Source: an uncultured Desulfosarcina sp. (lineage in GTDB: Bacteria > Desulfobacterota > Desulfobacteria > Desulfobacterales > Desulfosarcinaceae). Taken from it: 64,000 bases of DNA. A program made the translations under genes and the position numbers. The stretch is taken from assembly GCA_963674945.2 (NCBI GenBank), contig CAXXWQ010000004.1, positions 2,080,001 to 2,144,000 on the forward strand, in the 5' to 3' direction. The notes beneath the pieces are model-generated. The model did not search any database and was not told where the DNA came from. It saw only the letters and a program-made list of their open reading frames with translations. Shown here piece by piece: positions 9,753 through 19,874 of this stretch (its first letter is position 1; each line of letters begins with the position of its first letter).

Positions 9753-12386
9753 ATGAAAACAGTAAAATCCACCTTGATCGATTTTTCTATCAACCATTAC
9801 CGGTTGGCGACGCTGGTAATGGTTTTGTTTACCATTTCGATGAGCATTTTCTTCCCATGGATTCAAGTGGATACTGATCCAGAGAACATGCTTCCGAAGG
9901 ATGATCCGGCGCGTGTCTTTCACAATTTGTCCAAAAAAGAGTTCATGCTCAGTGAAACCGTTGTGGTCGGCGTTGTCAACGAGCATGATCCCGACGGGGT
10001 CTTCAACCCGGAAACCTTGGGGCATGTCTACGAATTAACCCAATTTGCCAAAACCCTGCGCTGGCTGGATGAAAGCAACCCCGGCGAAGTCTCCGGTGTT
10101 ATCGAGGTGGATATGCTCGGACCGTCATTGGCCGACCATATGAGCCAGGGTGGGCCTGGAGAAATCAAATTTGAATGGCTCATGTCCAAGCCGCCGGAAA
10201 CCCGGGAGGCGGCCCGGGCCATTCGTGACAAGGCCTATTCCAATCCCATGCTCAAAGGGCGGATGTTTTCGGAAGACGGCAAGGTGATCTGTATTTACCT
10301 GCCACTGACCGACAAGCATTTGAGCTACCGTATCAATGAAGAACTGAACAAGAAAATCGATTCGCTGGACGGGAAGGAGACCTACCATATTGCCGGCGTG
10401 CCGGTGGCGGAGGTCGCCATCGGTGTGGAGATGTTTTCCCAGATGGGCGTTGGCACGCCGTTGGCCATGGCGGTTATTTTCGCCTTTCTGGTATTGTTTT
10501 TCCGGAAATGGCGGTTGGTCATACTCCCCATGATCATCGCCATGTTTTCGGTCCTGTCCACGATGGGGTTGATGATCGCGCTCGGCTTTCAGGTTCACAT
10601 CTTAAGCTCGATGATTCCGATCTTTTTAATGTGTATCGGTACGGTCAGCTCCATTCATATTCTGTCGGAATTTTTCGATGTCTATTCCGATGAAAAGGGG
10701 CGAAAAGAGACGATACGTGCCGTGATGGACGAGCTGTACGTACCGATTCTCTATACTTCGCTGACCACTGCGGCCGGTTTTGCTTCCCTGGTGTTTACGC
10801 CAATTCCGCCGGCCCAAGTTTTCGGTGCTTTTCTCAGCGTCGGGGTCATAATCGCGTGGTTGTATACGGTCATTTTCGTACCGGCGTATGTCATGATGAT
10901 TCCAAAACGCAAACTCATCGATTTCGGTATGTCCGCCATGCAAAAAGAAAATGAAGGCCTGTTGACCAAAGTACTGCGGGCCACCGGCCGGCTGACTTTC
11001 CATCATCCCAAAAAACTGCTGGTGCTGTTTGTAATCCTTATGGGAACGGCCATTTGGGGAACCACACAAATCCATGTCAATGACAACTATGCCAAGCGTT
11101 TTGCCGACACCCATCCCATTCGCAAGGCCGACATTGCCCTGAACCGTCATCTGGACGGAACCTACACGGCGTATCTGATATTGCAGGCGCCAAAGATGGA
11201 TAATCTCGATCCCGAATTCGTTAAGACTTTTTTCTCAGGCTTAACCGCCTATGCCGACACCATTGAGCCCGAATTCGACAATGCACCCGCCCTTGCCGGA
11301 AAAATTGTCCGGATTGCATCGGAACAGGCAGGTTGCTGTCAATCCAAGGAATGCTTTCTCGACGCAACGGCAAAAAAAGTGGACCAACTTGCTCAAACGG
11401 CTTCCGATGAGGATTTCTACGCCTATGACGAACTTCACGCTTACATCGGCGTGGAAAAAGAGAAATTGAAGGTTTTTAAACGTCCGGAGACGCTAACCTA
11501 CATGGCAGGACTTCAGAAACATATGGAGGCAACCGGACTGGTTGGGAAAACCACTTCCACCGTGGATGTGGTGAGAAAAATCAACCAGGAGATGATTGAT
11601 GGAAAACCGGAGAACTACCGCATCCCGGATAAGCTGCAGGGCATAGCCGAATGCTATTTGCAATTCCAGCAGGGGCATAGGCCCGATGACCTGTGGCACA
11701 TGGTTACGCCGGATTTTATGCAGGCCAATCTGTGGATGCAGTTGAAAAGCGGAGACAGCAGTGCCATGAAATCCGCCGTCGAGGCAGTCGATGCCTATAT
11801 AAAAAAGAATCCCGCGCCGTTTAGCGTAACCCATCGTTGGTCCGGGCTGCATTATATCAACCTGGTGCTTCAGGAAAAGCTGACTCCCTCCATGCTGCGC
11901 TCGTTCCTCGGAAGCTTTGCCGTGGTTTTTGTAATGATGACGTTTCTGTTCCGTTCTTTACGCTGGGGCTTGCTTTGCATGGTACCGCTGACCATCACCA
12001 TCTTGACGATATACGGAATCATCGGCATCTCCGGCAAGGATTACGATTTGCCGGTCGCCGTCCTGGGTGCCCTGGCGCTGGGAATGGCGGTGGATTTTGC
12101 CATCCATTTTCTGCAGCGCGGGCGCGTTTACTGCAACACCAAGGGGTCGTGGGAACAAACCTATGACTATCTGTTCGGCGAACCGGCCCGGGCGATTAGC
12201 CGTAACGTGATGGTTATCGCCATCGGTTTTCTGCCGCTTTTGATCGGACCGATCGTTCCCTATAAAACCATCGGCACCATGCTGTTCGCCATTATGACCC
12301 TTTCCGGGATCTTTACCCTGCTGGTACTCCCGTCAATGCTGACGGTTTTTGAAAATCGGTTTTTTAAAAACCGGCAACAAAAATAA
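9753..12386 (+). CDS. MMPL/RND-family transporter
   Basis: Two membrane repeats with large periplasmic loops; TSLTTAAGF and GMAVDFAIH. Confidence 0.9.
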   Translation: MKTVKSTLIDFSINHYRLATLVMVLFTISMSIFFPWIQVDTDPENMLPKDDPARVFHNLSKKEFMLSETVVVGVVNEHDPDGVFNPETLGHVYELTQFAKTLRWLDESNPGEVSGVIEVDMLGPSLADHMSQGGPGEIKFEWLMSKPPETREAARAIRDKAYSNPMLKGRMFSEDGKVICIYLPLTDKHLSYRINEELNKKIDSLDGKETYHIAGVPVAEVAIGVEMFSQMGVGTPLAMAVIFAFLVLFFRKWRLVILPMIIAMFSVLSTMGLMIALGFQVHILSSMIPIFLMCIGTVSSIHILSEFFDVYSDEKGRKETIRAVMDELYVPILYTSLTTAAGFASLVFTPIPPAQVFGAFLSVGVIIAWLYTVIFVPAYVMMIPKRKLIDFGMSAMQKENEGLLTKVLRATGRLTFHHPKKLLVLFVILMGTAIWGTTQIHVNDNYAKRFADTHPIRKADIALNRHLDGTYTAYLILQAPKMDNLDPEFVKTFFSGLTAYADTIEPEFDNAPALAGKIVRIASEQAGCCQSKECFLDATAKKVDQLAQTASDEDFYAYDELHAYIGVEKEKLKVFKRPETLTYMAGLQKHMEATGLVGKTTSTVDVVRKINQEMIDGKPENYRIPDKLQGIAECYLQFQQGHRPDDLWHMVTPDFMQANLWMQLKSGDSSAMKSAVEAVDAYIKKNPAPFSVTHRWSGLHYINLVLQEKLTPSMLRSFLGSFAVVFVMMTFLFRSLRWGLLCMVPLTITILTIYGIIGISGKDYDLPVAVLGALALGMAVDFAIHFLQRGRVYCNTKGSWEQTYDYLFGEPARAISRNVMVIAIGFLPLLIGPIVPYKTIGTMLFAIMTLSGIFTLLVLPSMLTVFENRFFKNRQQK

Positions 12387-12462
12387 TTGCACAGGCATCC
12401 GAAGCAACCGGTGCATCCGAACTCGATACTTCTCATAAATAATAAAGGAAGGGAAGCATTTC

Positions 12463-13290
12463 ATGAAACGATCTTTTTTACTTTTATTGGGAGGACTGTT
12501 GTTGGCAGCCGGTGCGGCCATGGCCCAAACGGAAACGCCGACGGTTGATGAAATCATCCTTAAGGCCAACCACATGGCCCTTTACCAGGGTACGGATACC
12601 AAGGCAAAGGTATCTTTGGTGATTACGGACAAACAGGGGCGGGTGCGCAAAAGAGCATTTCGCAGCCTGCGCAAAAACGATGACAATCTGGATCGAAACC
12701 AGAAGTACTACACATTTTTTCAGGCACCTGCCGATGTGCGCAAAATGACGTTCATGGTGCACAAACATGCCGCTCTCGAAAAGGACGACGACAGATGGCT
12801 CTATTTGCCGAGCCTGGATCTGGTCAAACGGATCGCCGCAAGCGATAAACGTACGAGTTTTGTGGGATCGGATTTCCTATACGAGGATATTTCCGGTCGC
12901 AGCCCGGAAGACGATTCCCATGAGCTTATCGAGACGACAGAAAAATACTATGTGATTAAAAATACTCCGAAAAAGCCCGATAGTGTGGAGTTTGCCCACT
13001 ACGCCGCCTACATCGACAAAAAGAACTTTTTACCGATGAAGATGGAATTCTTTAAAGAGGACGGTCGGGTTTACCGGGTGATCGAATCGGTGAAAGTGGA
13101 TGCAATTAAAGCCGAGCAAAACGGCCTGCCGGTCACCTATCCAACCGTCACCGTTTCCGTTGCCAAAAACCTGGAAAGCGGCAGTACGACAAAAATGACC
13201 ATTTCCAATGTTCATTACAATGTCGGCATCCGCGACAATATTTTTACCGAACGTTACCTGAGAAGACCGCCAAGGGATGTAATGCGATGA
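12463..13290 (+). CDS. Outer-membrane lipoprotein-sorting (LolA-like) protein
   Basis: PADVR, DDDRWLYLP, FVGSDFLYED, FTERYL. Confidence 0.88.
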   Translation: MKRSFLLLLGGLLLAAGAAMAQTETPTVDEIILKANHMALYQGTDTKAKVSLVITDKQGRVRKRAFRSLRKNDDNLDRNQKYYTFFQAPADVRKMTFMVHKHAALEKDDDRWLYLPSLDLVKRIAASDKRTSFVGSDFLYEDISGRSPEDDSHELIETTEKYYVIKNTPKKPDSVEFAHYAAYIDKKNFLPMKMEFFKEDGRVYRVIESVKVDAIKAEQNGLPVTYPTVTVSVAKNLESGSTTKMTISNVHYNVGIRDNIFTERYLRRPPRDVMR

Positions 13291-14570
13291 CACGAACCTT
13301 CAAGACAATATGCCTGATACTGCTTTTAACCATGATGCAGACCTCGGCCCCTGCCCTTGGGGCCGAGAAAAAGAAAAAGGCCTGGCCGGAATTTTTAGAA
13401 CTGTTGGAGGCACATGGATTTTTAGAGGTGCGCGGTGGAATCCGGACCCAGGACGATCCCAAGGCCAAGGACATCTCGGTGCTGGAGGCCCGGCTTCAGG
13501 CGGATCTATTTACCTACACGGATTGGGCGGAGTTCAAATTCAAGGGGGATGTTTGGGCCGACGGCGTCACCGAAAAAGGAGAAGGCGATATCCGAGAGGC
13601 CTTGTTTTTCTCGCGACCATCCGATTTTTTGGATCTCAAGATCGGCCGCCAGGTCCTGACCTGGGGAACGGGGGATCTGGTTTTTCTCAACGATCTTTTT
13701 CCCATGGATTGGCAGTCGTATTTCATCGGACGGGACGCCGAGTACCTGAAGGCGCCATCGGATGCAGCGAAGATCAGCTTGTTTAGCGAGATTGCCAATG
13801 TTGACCTGGTATACACGCCGCAGTTCGATCCCGACCGCTATATCACCGGTGAGTATGTCTCTTATTGGGATGCGGCCGCGGTCGACCATGCCGGTCGGGA
13901 CGACATCATCCATGCCGACAGGCCCAATAACTGGTTCGATGATGACGAATTTGCGGTTCGTATATACCGGAATGTCCGCAATTACGAACTGGCGCTATAT
14001 GGATATTGGGGTTTCTGGAAACGACCCGGCGGCCAAACCGCTTCCGGAACGGTCATCTTCCCCGAGCTGAACGTCTACGGCGCCAGTATCCGGGGACAGT
14101 TTGCCGGTGGAATCGGCAACCTGGAACTGGCCTATTACGATTCGGCCGAGGATTCCGGCGGAAGCGATCCGTTGATCAACAACTCGGAAATGCGCTATGT
14201 GGCGGGCTACACCCGGGACCTGGCCATGGATCTTAATGCCGGCTTGCAGTATTACGTGGAGCAACTGCTGGATTATGGCGCCTATGAGAAGAGTCTTTCC
14301 GGCGGCCCGGCCAGGGACGAGTTCAGGCATGTCATCACCTTGCAACTCACCCAATTGCTGATGAACCAGACCCTTGCGCTGTCGCTGTCCGGCTATTACT
14401 CTCCCAGCGATAAAGACGCCTATCTTCGACCAAAAATCAGTTACGATTTCAGCGACAGGATCATCGTTGAAACCGGTGCCAATATTTTCATAGGGAAAGG
14501 GGATCATACATTTTTCGGCCAGTTCGAAAAGGACACGAATATTTATGCGGCCGTTAGGTACAACCTTTAG
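13287..14570 (+). CDS. Outer-membrane beta-barrel protein (DUF1302-like)
   Basis: Signal peptide; KIGRQVLTWG; TFFGQF...RYNL C-terminus; follows MMPL and LolA-like genes. Confidence 0.75.
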   Translation: MTRTFKTICLILLLTMMQTSAPALGAEKKKKAWPEFLELLEAHGFLEVRGGIRTQDDPKAKDISVLEARLQADLFTYTDWAEFKFKGDVWADGVTEKGEGDIREALFFSRPSDFLDLKIGRQVLTWGTGDLVFLNDLFPMDWQSYFIGRDAEYLKAPSDAAKISLFSEIANVDLVYTPQFDPDRYITGEYVSYWDAAAVDHAGRDDIIHADRPNNWFDDDEFAVRIYRNVRNYELALYGYWGFWKRPGGQTASGTVIFPELNVYGASIRGQFAGGIGNLELAYYDSAEDSGGSDPLINNSEMRYVAGYTRDLAMDLNAGLQYYVEQLLDYGAYEKSLSGGPARDEFRHVITLQLTQLLMNQTLALSLSGYYSPSDKDAYLRPKISYDFSDRIIVETGANIFIGKGDHTFFGQFEKDTNIYAAVRYNL

Positions 14571-15055
14571 GGAAAAGGCCTTCGTATAGATCCTTTGTTC
14601 GCTGAAACAGTCTGCTATTTTCTTGCTCACCGATGAGTAACGATGACCTTTAAAAACTTATAATTTATACAGAAATTGAAAAAAGGAGCTGGTGCTGTAT
14701 TCCTTGACCTCGGCTGCGGCCCGTATCGTTGGCCCTTCGAGTACTGTCATCGCACTGGACAAGTGGCAATATCTCATCGACGGGTTAACGGACAAAGCAT
14801 CTTCCGAAGGAAGGAATAACATAAACACTGCCAATGAATAGAACCGACCCAATTACAGTCATACCGGCAGCGCCTCCCAGTGTGAGAAGGACGTGGGCTA
14901 CGCTGAACAGGTGTCGGTTTCCCTCCTGTCTTACCGGCAGCATGTATAATCTGCTTTTTACAAGCATGGATTCGAGCCTTTTAATCCAAAGGGGTTGACA
15001 GGCAATCTCCTTGATAATAAGAGATGGATCTCACAGTTTAAAAATAAAGAAAGTT

Positions 15056-15143
15056 CTTACGTCAGCCGGTCTTCTTAGCGACGCGAGTTGAAGTGAAGGC
15101 GTGGCCATACTTTTTGTCTTACGGGTATGTCCACGCCTTCTTT
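15056..15143 (+). ncRNA. Candidate leader/attenuator, copy 3 (binding protein gene)
   Basis: CTTACG 15056-61; tcagc/gttga stem; AGTGAAGGCG 15092-15101; gaaggcgtgg/ccacgccttc plus ttt; TTGACA at 14995-15000. Confidence 0.8.
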
Positions 15144-15182
15144 ATTTGGCGGCATTAATCTTTTAATAGGGAGAAATACTCC

Positions 15183-16151
15183 ATGCAACAGCGAGTATTC
15201 AGGAGATTCATCGTATCCGTACTGTTTTTTTTCATCATTGGCTGTATAGTGGTTCCGGCCATGGCCTCACTGGCCCAAACACCCAAAAAAATGGATGTGA
15301 TCATGATCGGCGATTGTCTGGTGGATGTTGCCCATGGTCTGGGCGTACTACCGTCGGCCATGTCTGTGCGCTGTTCCCTGTGGCCCATGTGCTCATCCTT
15401 GCAATCTGCCGTCCACGTTCTGGGATGCCCCAATTGCCTGACCAAGAAAAAAGCGGCGCCATTACTCGCATTTGCCAAAAAAAATGGGATCAATCGTGTC
15501 CTGATCGAAAAGAGCGACCCGTTTTGCACCTACGTGCCGAAGTTACAATTAAAGAGGATCGCATCCTTTTTACAGGACAAGGGATTCGAAATACGATACA
15601 TCGATTTTACCAAGGGAATCGGAGCGGCCGTGAGACAAACAGCCAACCTGTTGGAGTGTGCGGAAAAGGCCGATGACGTGTTGACTGATTATGCCAAGGA
15701 GATGGACAAAACCCGCAAAAAGATTGCCGGACAGCAATTTGCCAAGACGGTTGTCATTCTGCACGGCACTTATCAGGAAGCCACGGGAAAGACATTTTTG
15801 CGTGTCGAGGCGCCTGGTGGATACGCGGATCGCTTTCTGCTCAAGCCCATGGGAATTGAAAACGTGGGTGGGAAAGTTTACAAATCGGGTAACAAACCGT
15901 CCAAGGGACATGTTTTGGTTCGCAAGCTTGATGGCTTGATCCCTGCAGCCCCCGAGGCCATCGTGATGACCGGCGATGCCATTGCCGTGCAAAAGGCTCT
16001 GGCCGATGCCATTGGCGAGAATCCGTCCCTGGCCAAAATACCAGCCGTTAAGGCGCATGCCATTTACAGCCTGCCGGGTTACATCGACGCCAGTGTGCTC
16101 GAGTACCCGCTCATCCTTCGGCGCTGGGCCGATGCGCTAGGCAAAGAATAG
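15183..16151 (+). CDS. Periplasmic binding protein (helical-backbone, iron-siderophore/B12 class), Cys-rich
   Basis: Signal peptide; C-terminal AAPEAIVM...LAKIPAVKAHAIYSL typical of this class. Confidence 0.75.
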   Translation: MQQRVFRRFIVSVLFFFIIGCIVVPAMASLAQTPKKMDVIMIGDCLVDVAHGLGVLPSAMSVRCSLWPMCSSLQSAVHVLGCPNCLTKKKAAPLLAFAKKNGINRVLIEKSDPFCTYVPKLQLKRIASFLQDKGFEIRYIDFTKGIGAAVRQTANLLECAEKADDVLTDYAKEMDKTRKKIAGQQFAKTVVILHGTYQEATGKTFLRVEAPGGYADRFLLKPMGIENVGGKVYKSGNKPSKGHVLVRKLDGLIPAAPEAIVMTGDAIAVQKALADAIGENPSLAKIPAVKAHAIYSLPGYIDASVLEYPLILRRWADALGKE

Positions 16152-16235
16152 ATCGGACACCGCCCAAATAATTGCAATTGGAAAAATCGAACCAAAAAGC
16201 TTGACTTTTTTTGTTTAGTAGCTATACATAATGGC

Positions 16236-16685
16236 ATGGAAAAAAGAATCGTTAAACTGTCAAGAATGCTCCTGCGGGTCTTTAACAAATTTGCCCAAAA
16301 CGAAAAAAAGCCGCGCCGCTTTGGCGTGGATGAACTGTTGCATGCGTCCGAGATTCACATGGTCATGTTGATCGGAGACAACCCCGGGGGCCATGGTGCC
16401 GAGCTGGCCCGGATTGCTGGTGTTACTCGGGGTGCAGTCTCCCAACTCATTGCCAAACTCGAGAAAAAGGGGCTTGTACAAAAAATCGATGATACCGAAA
16501 ACGGTTTGAAAAAGGTGCCGGTCCTCACCAACAAAGGCAAGGTAGCCTATTATGCCCATGAGCGATACCATGAAGAGATGGACGGCGACCTTTATGATTA
16601 TGTGGCCCGGTTGACGGATGAACAGCTGGTTGTCATCGAGAATTTTCTGCTGGAACTGGAAAAAATGGCGGATCGGCTCCGTTGA
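16236..16685 (+). CDS. MarR-family regulator
   Basis: SEIHMVMLIG...GVTRGAVSQLIAKLEKKG...LTNKG. Confidence 0.9.
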   Translation: MEKRIVKLSRMLLRVFNKFAQNEKKPRRFGVDELLHASEIHMVMLIGDNPGGHGAELARIAGVTRGAVSQLIAKLEKKGLVQKIDDTENGLKKVPVLTNKGKVAYYAHERYHEEMDGDLYDYVARLTDEQLVVIENFLLELEKMADRLR

Positions 16686-16736
16686 TTTTTTTTTGGGCCT
16701 AAACGTATAGTAACTTAACATTAAAGGGGAACGAAA

Positions 16737-17279
16737 ATGAAAAAACTGTTTAATCCTCAATCGAAAACCGGCTATCGCCTCATGGTCTGGACCTTTAGAA
16801 TCATGGATCTTTTCGGCAAACCCGACCGGCGATTGGATGATTTCCGGCTTCAAACGGGAAGTGTGGTAGTGGACTTTGGCTGCGGACCGGGCCGCTATAT
16901 CTGCAAGGCAGCAGACCAGGTAGGTCCGAACGGCCACGTCTATGCGGCGGATATCCATCCAATGGCCATCGATCTGGTCAAACAAAAAATTGATACGTAT
17001 CGCCTGACCAATGTGACGCCGGTGCTGCTGAGCGACGAGTCGGGAACCATTCCGGATCGCAGCGCCGATGTCGTCTATGCCCTGGACATGTTCCACCAAG
17101 TCGATGATCCGGCAGCCTTTTTGGACGGAATTCATCGCATCGTTAAGCCGGAAGGCGTGCTCTACCTGGAAGATGGCCATCAGCCACGCAGCCAAAGTCT
17201 GGAAAAAGTCCGACGCGCCAAACGATGGCGGGTCGCACGGGAAAACAAACAGTGGATGGAATTAAAACCTGCTGCCTAA
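16737..17279 (+). CDS. Class I SAM-dependent methyltransferase
   Basis: VVDFGCGPG, VYAADI, IVKPEG motifs. Confidence 0.9.
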   Translation: MKKLFNPQSKTGYRLMVWTFRIMDLFGKPDRRLDDFRLQTGSVVVDFGCGPGRYICKAADQVGPNGHVYAADIHPMAIDLVKQKIDTYRLTNVTPVLLSDESGTIPDRSADVVYALDMFHQVDDPAAFLDGIHRIVKPEGVLYLEDGHQPRSQSLEKVRRAKRWRVARENKQWMELKPAA

Positions 17280-17809
17280 AAATGCGCATAGAAAGGCCTC
17301 CAATGCCAAAAAGAATTTTACTCGCATGCCGTCGACCCTGGCCAATCGCTTCGTGCATCTAAACTTCGACGTGGATGTGACCGAGTGGCTGACCTGGGCG
17401 CAAGCTCGCGGGATAGCACCGGCGGTCGCCGCCCGGCGATTCCTCGCGCTGGTAGATCGGCCCTCCTGAAAGGAGGCTACATACGAAAACCGTTATACGC
17501 CGATTAACGATATGATCACGGCACCTATCCACTTTGCACCTATCCACCTTACTCTTTTGGTCAAAGCCCATACCATTTGCTGTTCTTCTACGTGAGTTAT
17601 AGGACTTTGCGAGAAATTAAACTTTTATTATGCTGGCCGTTTTCATCTGTTCCGTTGTAAAAACCATTCACAACCAACGGAATCCAATACCACCGCAAGT
17701 ATCGCCACTCATATACCAGCGGATATCAGCAAAAAAGTATTGACAACCGGCAATATAAAAGTTAGATTTTTCTAACTTATAAAGTGTTCACTAATAATAA
17801 GTTGACTTT

Positions 17810-17880
17810 CTTACGGCTCGGACCGATGGATCACCATTGGCAGTGAAGGCGCCTTGGCACCGACCCCCAAAGCACTTTCT
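17810..17880 (+). ncRNA. Candidate leader/attenuator, copy 4 (DUF2325-like gene), with a weakened terminator
   Basis: CTTACG 17810-15; ccgatgg/ccattgg stem; AGTGAAGGCG 17842-51; imperfect stem ending in gcactttct. Confidence 0.7.
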
Positions 17881-17904
17881 GATTTTGATATGGAGGAATC
17901 AACC

Positions 17905-19149
17905 ATGTTGATGCAAGCACAAGACGATCTGTTTGTTATAAAAGGAGTGGAAAAAATTGTGACCGGATCCAGACGCCGATTATCGATCTGGGAAGTCGAC
18001 CGCTGCTTCAAATGCCCCATCATTGGAATGTGCATCACCCTTGACGAGCAAAAACGGCTGCTGAAAAAGACGGGGCTTCTGGAAAAAAAGGGCGGCCCCT
18101 TTGAGATGCATGAAATCATGGTATCCTCCATGGATAAGGAGAACCGGCTTTCCCGGAAAATCGACAACCTGCTCGAACGAAAATTCTGCAAGCCGGCCGC
18201 CGCGCTTCTCCAACTTGATGAGGCGGCCCTGTTGGACAATTTCAAGGCGGCAATGGAGGCCGGAGATGCATCAATGGTGTTGTGGGTAACGGCAGTCCGC
18301 CCCGATCTCTCCCCGGCATGTCGCCGAACGATTTTCGGCGATATTCACATGAGCATGCATTGGAATGGCGAGCAATTGATGCGATTGAAACGCAAGATTT
18401 CCCGACAGCAACTCGATCTCGACCGGCTACATAAGCGCCTCGACGATTCTGCTCGGAATCAGAGATCATTAAAAAAAGAAGTAAACGAATGGAGATATAA
18501 GAATAAAACACTGCAAACCGCGATTGCCACGGAGCAGAGAGAAAAACATAAATTGATCGCAGCCATGGCAGAGCCGACTTGTGCTGGTCGCACCGACGAT
18601 CTTGAACAACAAAACCTGGAGTTACGGCAATCCATCGATACCCTCCGCCGGGAACTGGTCCAAGCCAAACGTGAAATCGCTTCCCACGAAGATGAAAACC
18701 GAAAACTGTCATCGCGGCTTTGCAAACAATTCGAAAAAAGCCGTCATTTCCGGGAAGAGGCCCGGTCCATTATCGCCGAAATGACGTCCTTACGCCAATG
18801 TGATGCCAATTGTCCATCCTTCGATCTGTGCCGAAAACGAATATTGATCGTCGGCGGAGTTACGCGCATGGAAGCACTGTTCCGTGATCTCATTGAAAAC
18901 AGCAATGGCATTTTCGAGTACCATGACGGCTACGTTAAAAAAGGTGCCAGAAGTCTCGAAACCAGCCTGAAGCGGGCGGACATGGTGCTCTGCCCGGTCA
19001 ATTGTAACAGTCATGCGGCCTGCTCGATTGTCAAGAATCTGGGGAAAAAACACAACAAGACCGTTCACATACTGGCCAATTCAAGCCTGAGCACGATATC
19101 CCAGGTGATTCGGGGCGGCAAGGACGGCAATGCATGCACACTAAACTGA
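17905..19149 (+). CDS. DUF2325-like domain protein (Cys-rich N-terminus, coiled coil, C-terminal DUF2325-like domain)
   Basis: GGAGG RBS at 17892; WEVDRCFKCPIIGMC; C-terminal ILIVGG...HDG...ADMVLCPVNCNSHAAC...K. Confidence 0.85.
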   Translation: MLMQAQDDLFVIKGVEKIVTGSRRRLSIWEVDRCFKCPIIGMCITLDEQKRLLKKTGLLEKKGGPFEMHEIMVSSMDKENRLSRKIDNLLERKFCKPAAALLQLDEAALLDNFKAAMEAGDASMVLWVTAVRPDLSPACRRTIFGDIHMSMHWNGEQLMRLKRKISRQQLDLDRLHKRLDDSARNQRSLKKEVNEWRYKNKTLQTAIATEQREKHKLIAAMAEPTCAGRTDDLEQQNLELRQSIDTLRRELVQAKREIASHEDENRKLSSRLCKQFEKSRHFREEARSIIAEMTSLRQCDANCPSFDLCRKRILIVGGVTRMEALFRDLIENSNGIFEYHDGYVKKGARSLETSLKRADMVLCPVNCNSHAACSIVKNLGKKHNKTVHILANSSLSTISQVIRGGKDGNACTLN

Positions 19150-19207
19150 GAACTACCATCCGTTTTCGACAAAGACATGAAGAAAACGATTTGCTCTACC
19201 TGTAGAT

Positions 19208-19558
19208 ATGAAAGCAATTGAAACGAAAAATGTCCGTGTCGAAATCACCTCGGCGACGCTGCTCCGCCTTCTCGAAAGCGGTCAGGTTTGTGCTACGGAT
19301 CTTCGTTGCCTGGACTGCATATCGAAACAATGCCTCCAACGCCTTTGCATTCAAAGCTGTACATCGTGTTTGCGAAACCGCATCGACCGTGAGCAGGCTG
19401 CGGCATCCGTATGCCGCATTGGAAAACATTATCGCATGACGAAAGGTGCTGTTCCTCTCCCGACAGTTCATCGCGAATGCAAGATTGATGGTCTCGTAAA
19501 AAGTCGCTGTTCGGAAGGATTCGAAAAAAGCCCGAAATCAAGGCTTGCGAATCCGTAA
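19208..19558 (+). CDS. Small Cys-rich hypothetical protein
   Basis: LLRLLESGQVCATDLRCLDCISKQCLQRLC core, directly downstream of the DUF2325-like gene. Confidence 0.6.
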   Translation: MKAIETKNVRVEITSATLLRLLESGQVCATDLRCLDCISKQCLQRLCIQSCTSCLRNRIDREQAAASVCRIGKHYRMTKGAVPLPTVHRECKIDGLVKSRCSEGFEKSPKSRLANP

Positions 19559-19760
19559 GAATACTCTTTATTTGTTTGATATATCTATTTTTCAGATCGT
19601 GTCAAGTATTTTCTCACCCGAAGCGCACTGCCCATTGAAGAGTAGCTATCGTAGATGGATCAGATCCATGTATCGGCAACAAAAAAGTCGTTGACAACCA
19701 CAGCGAATTACTATATGAACGCTTGCACTAATTAGGACCCCCTAACTATTTTCTATTTCC

Positions 19761-19850
19761 CTTACGACCTTCGACGCATTAAAACGTGCGACAGGGAGTG
19801 AAGGCGCATCCGGATCCAAACCGCCATTGGATCTGAATGCGCCTTTTTTT
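19761..19850 (+). ncRNA. Candidate leader/attenuator, copy 5 (TonB-dependent receptor operon)
   Basis: CTTACG 19761-66; cct..cgca/tgcg..agg stem; AGTGAAGGCG 19797-19806; aaggcgcat/atgcgcctt plus T-tract; TTGACA at 19691. Confidence 0.82.
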
Positions 19851-19874
19851 ATGCAAAACTGAAAGATTGCTGAC

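Noticed and set aside
14571..14990. Short minus-strand ORFs or a pseudogene in the intergenic gap
   Set aside because: No recognisable motif or RBS.
17521..17550. Direct repeat gcacctatccac x2
   Set aside because: Only two short copies with no supporting context.
19484..19560. Possible remnant of another dispersed repeat (attgatggtctcgtaaaaagtc...) forming the tail of the small Cys-rich ORF
   Set aside because: It resembles repeats I recall from related genomes, but I found no second copy or matching inverted end in this window.
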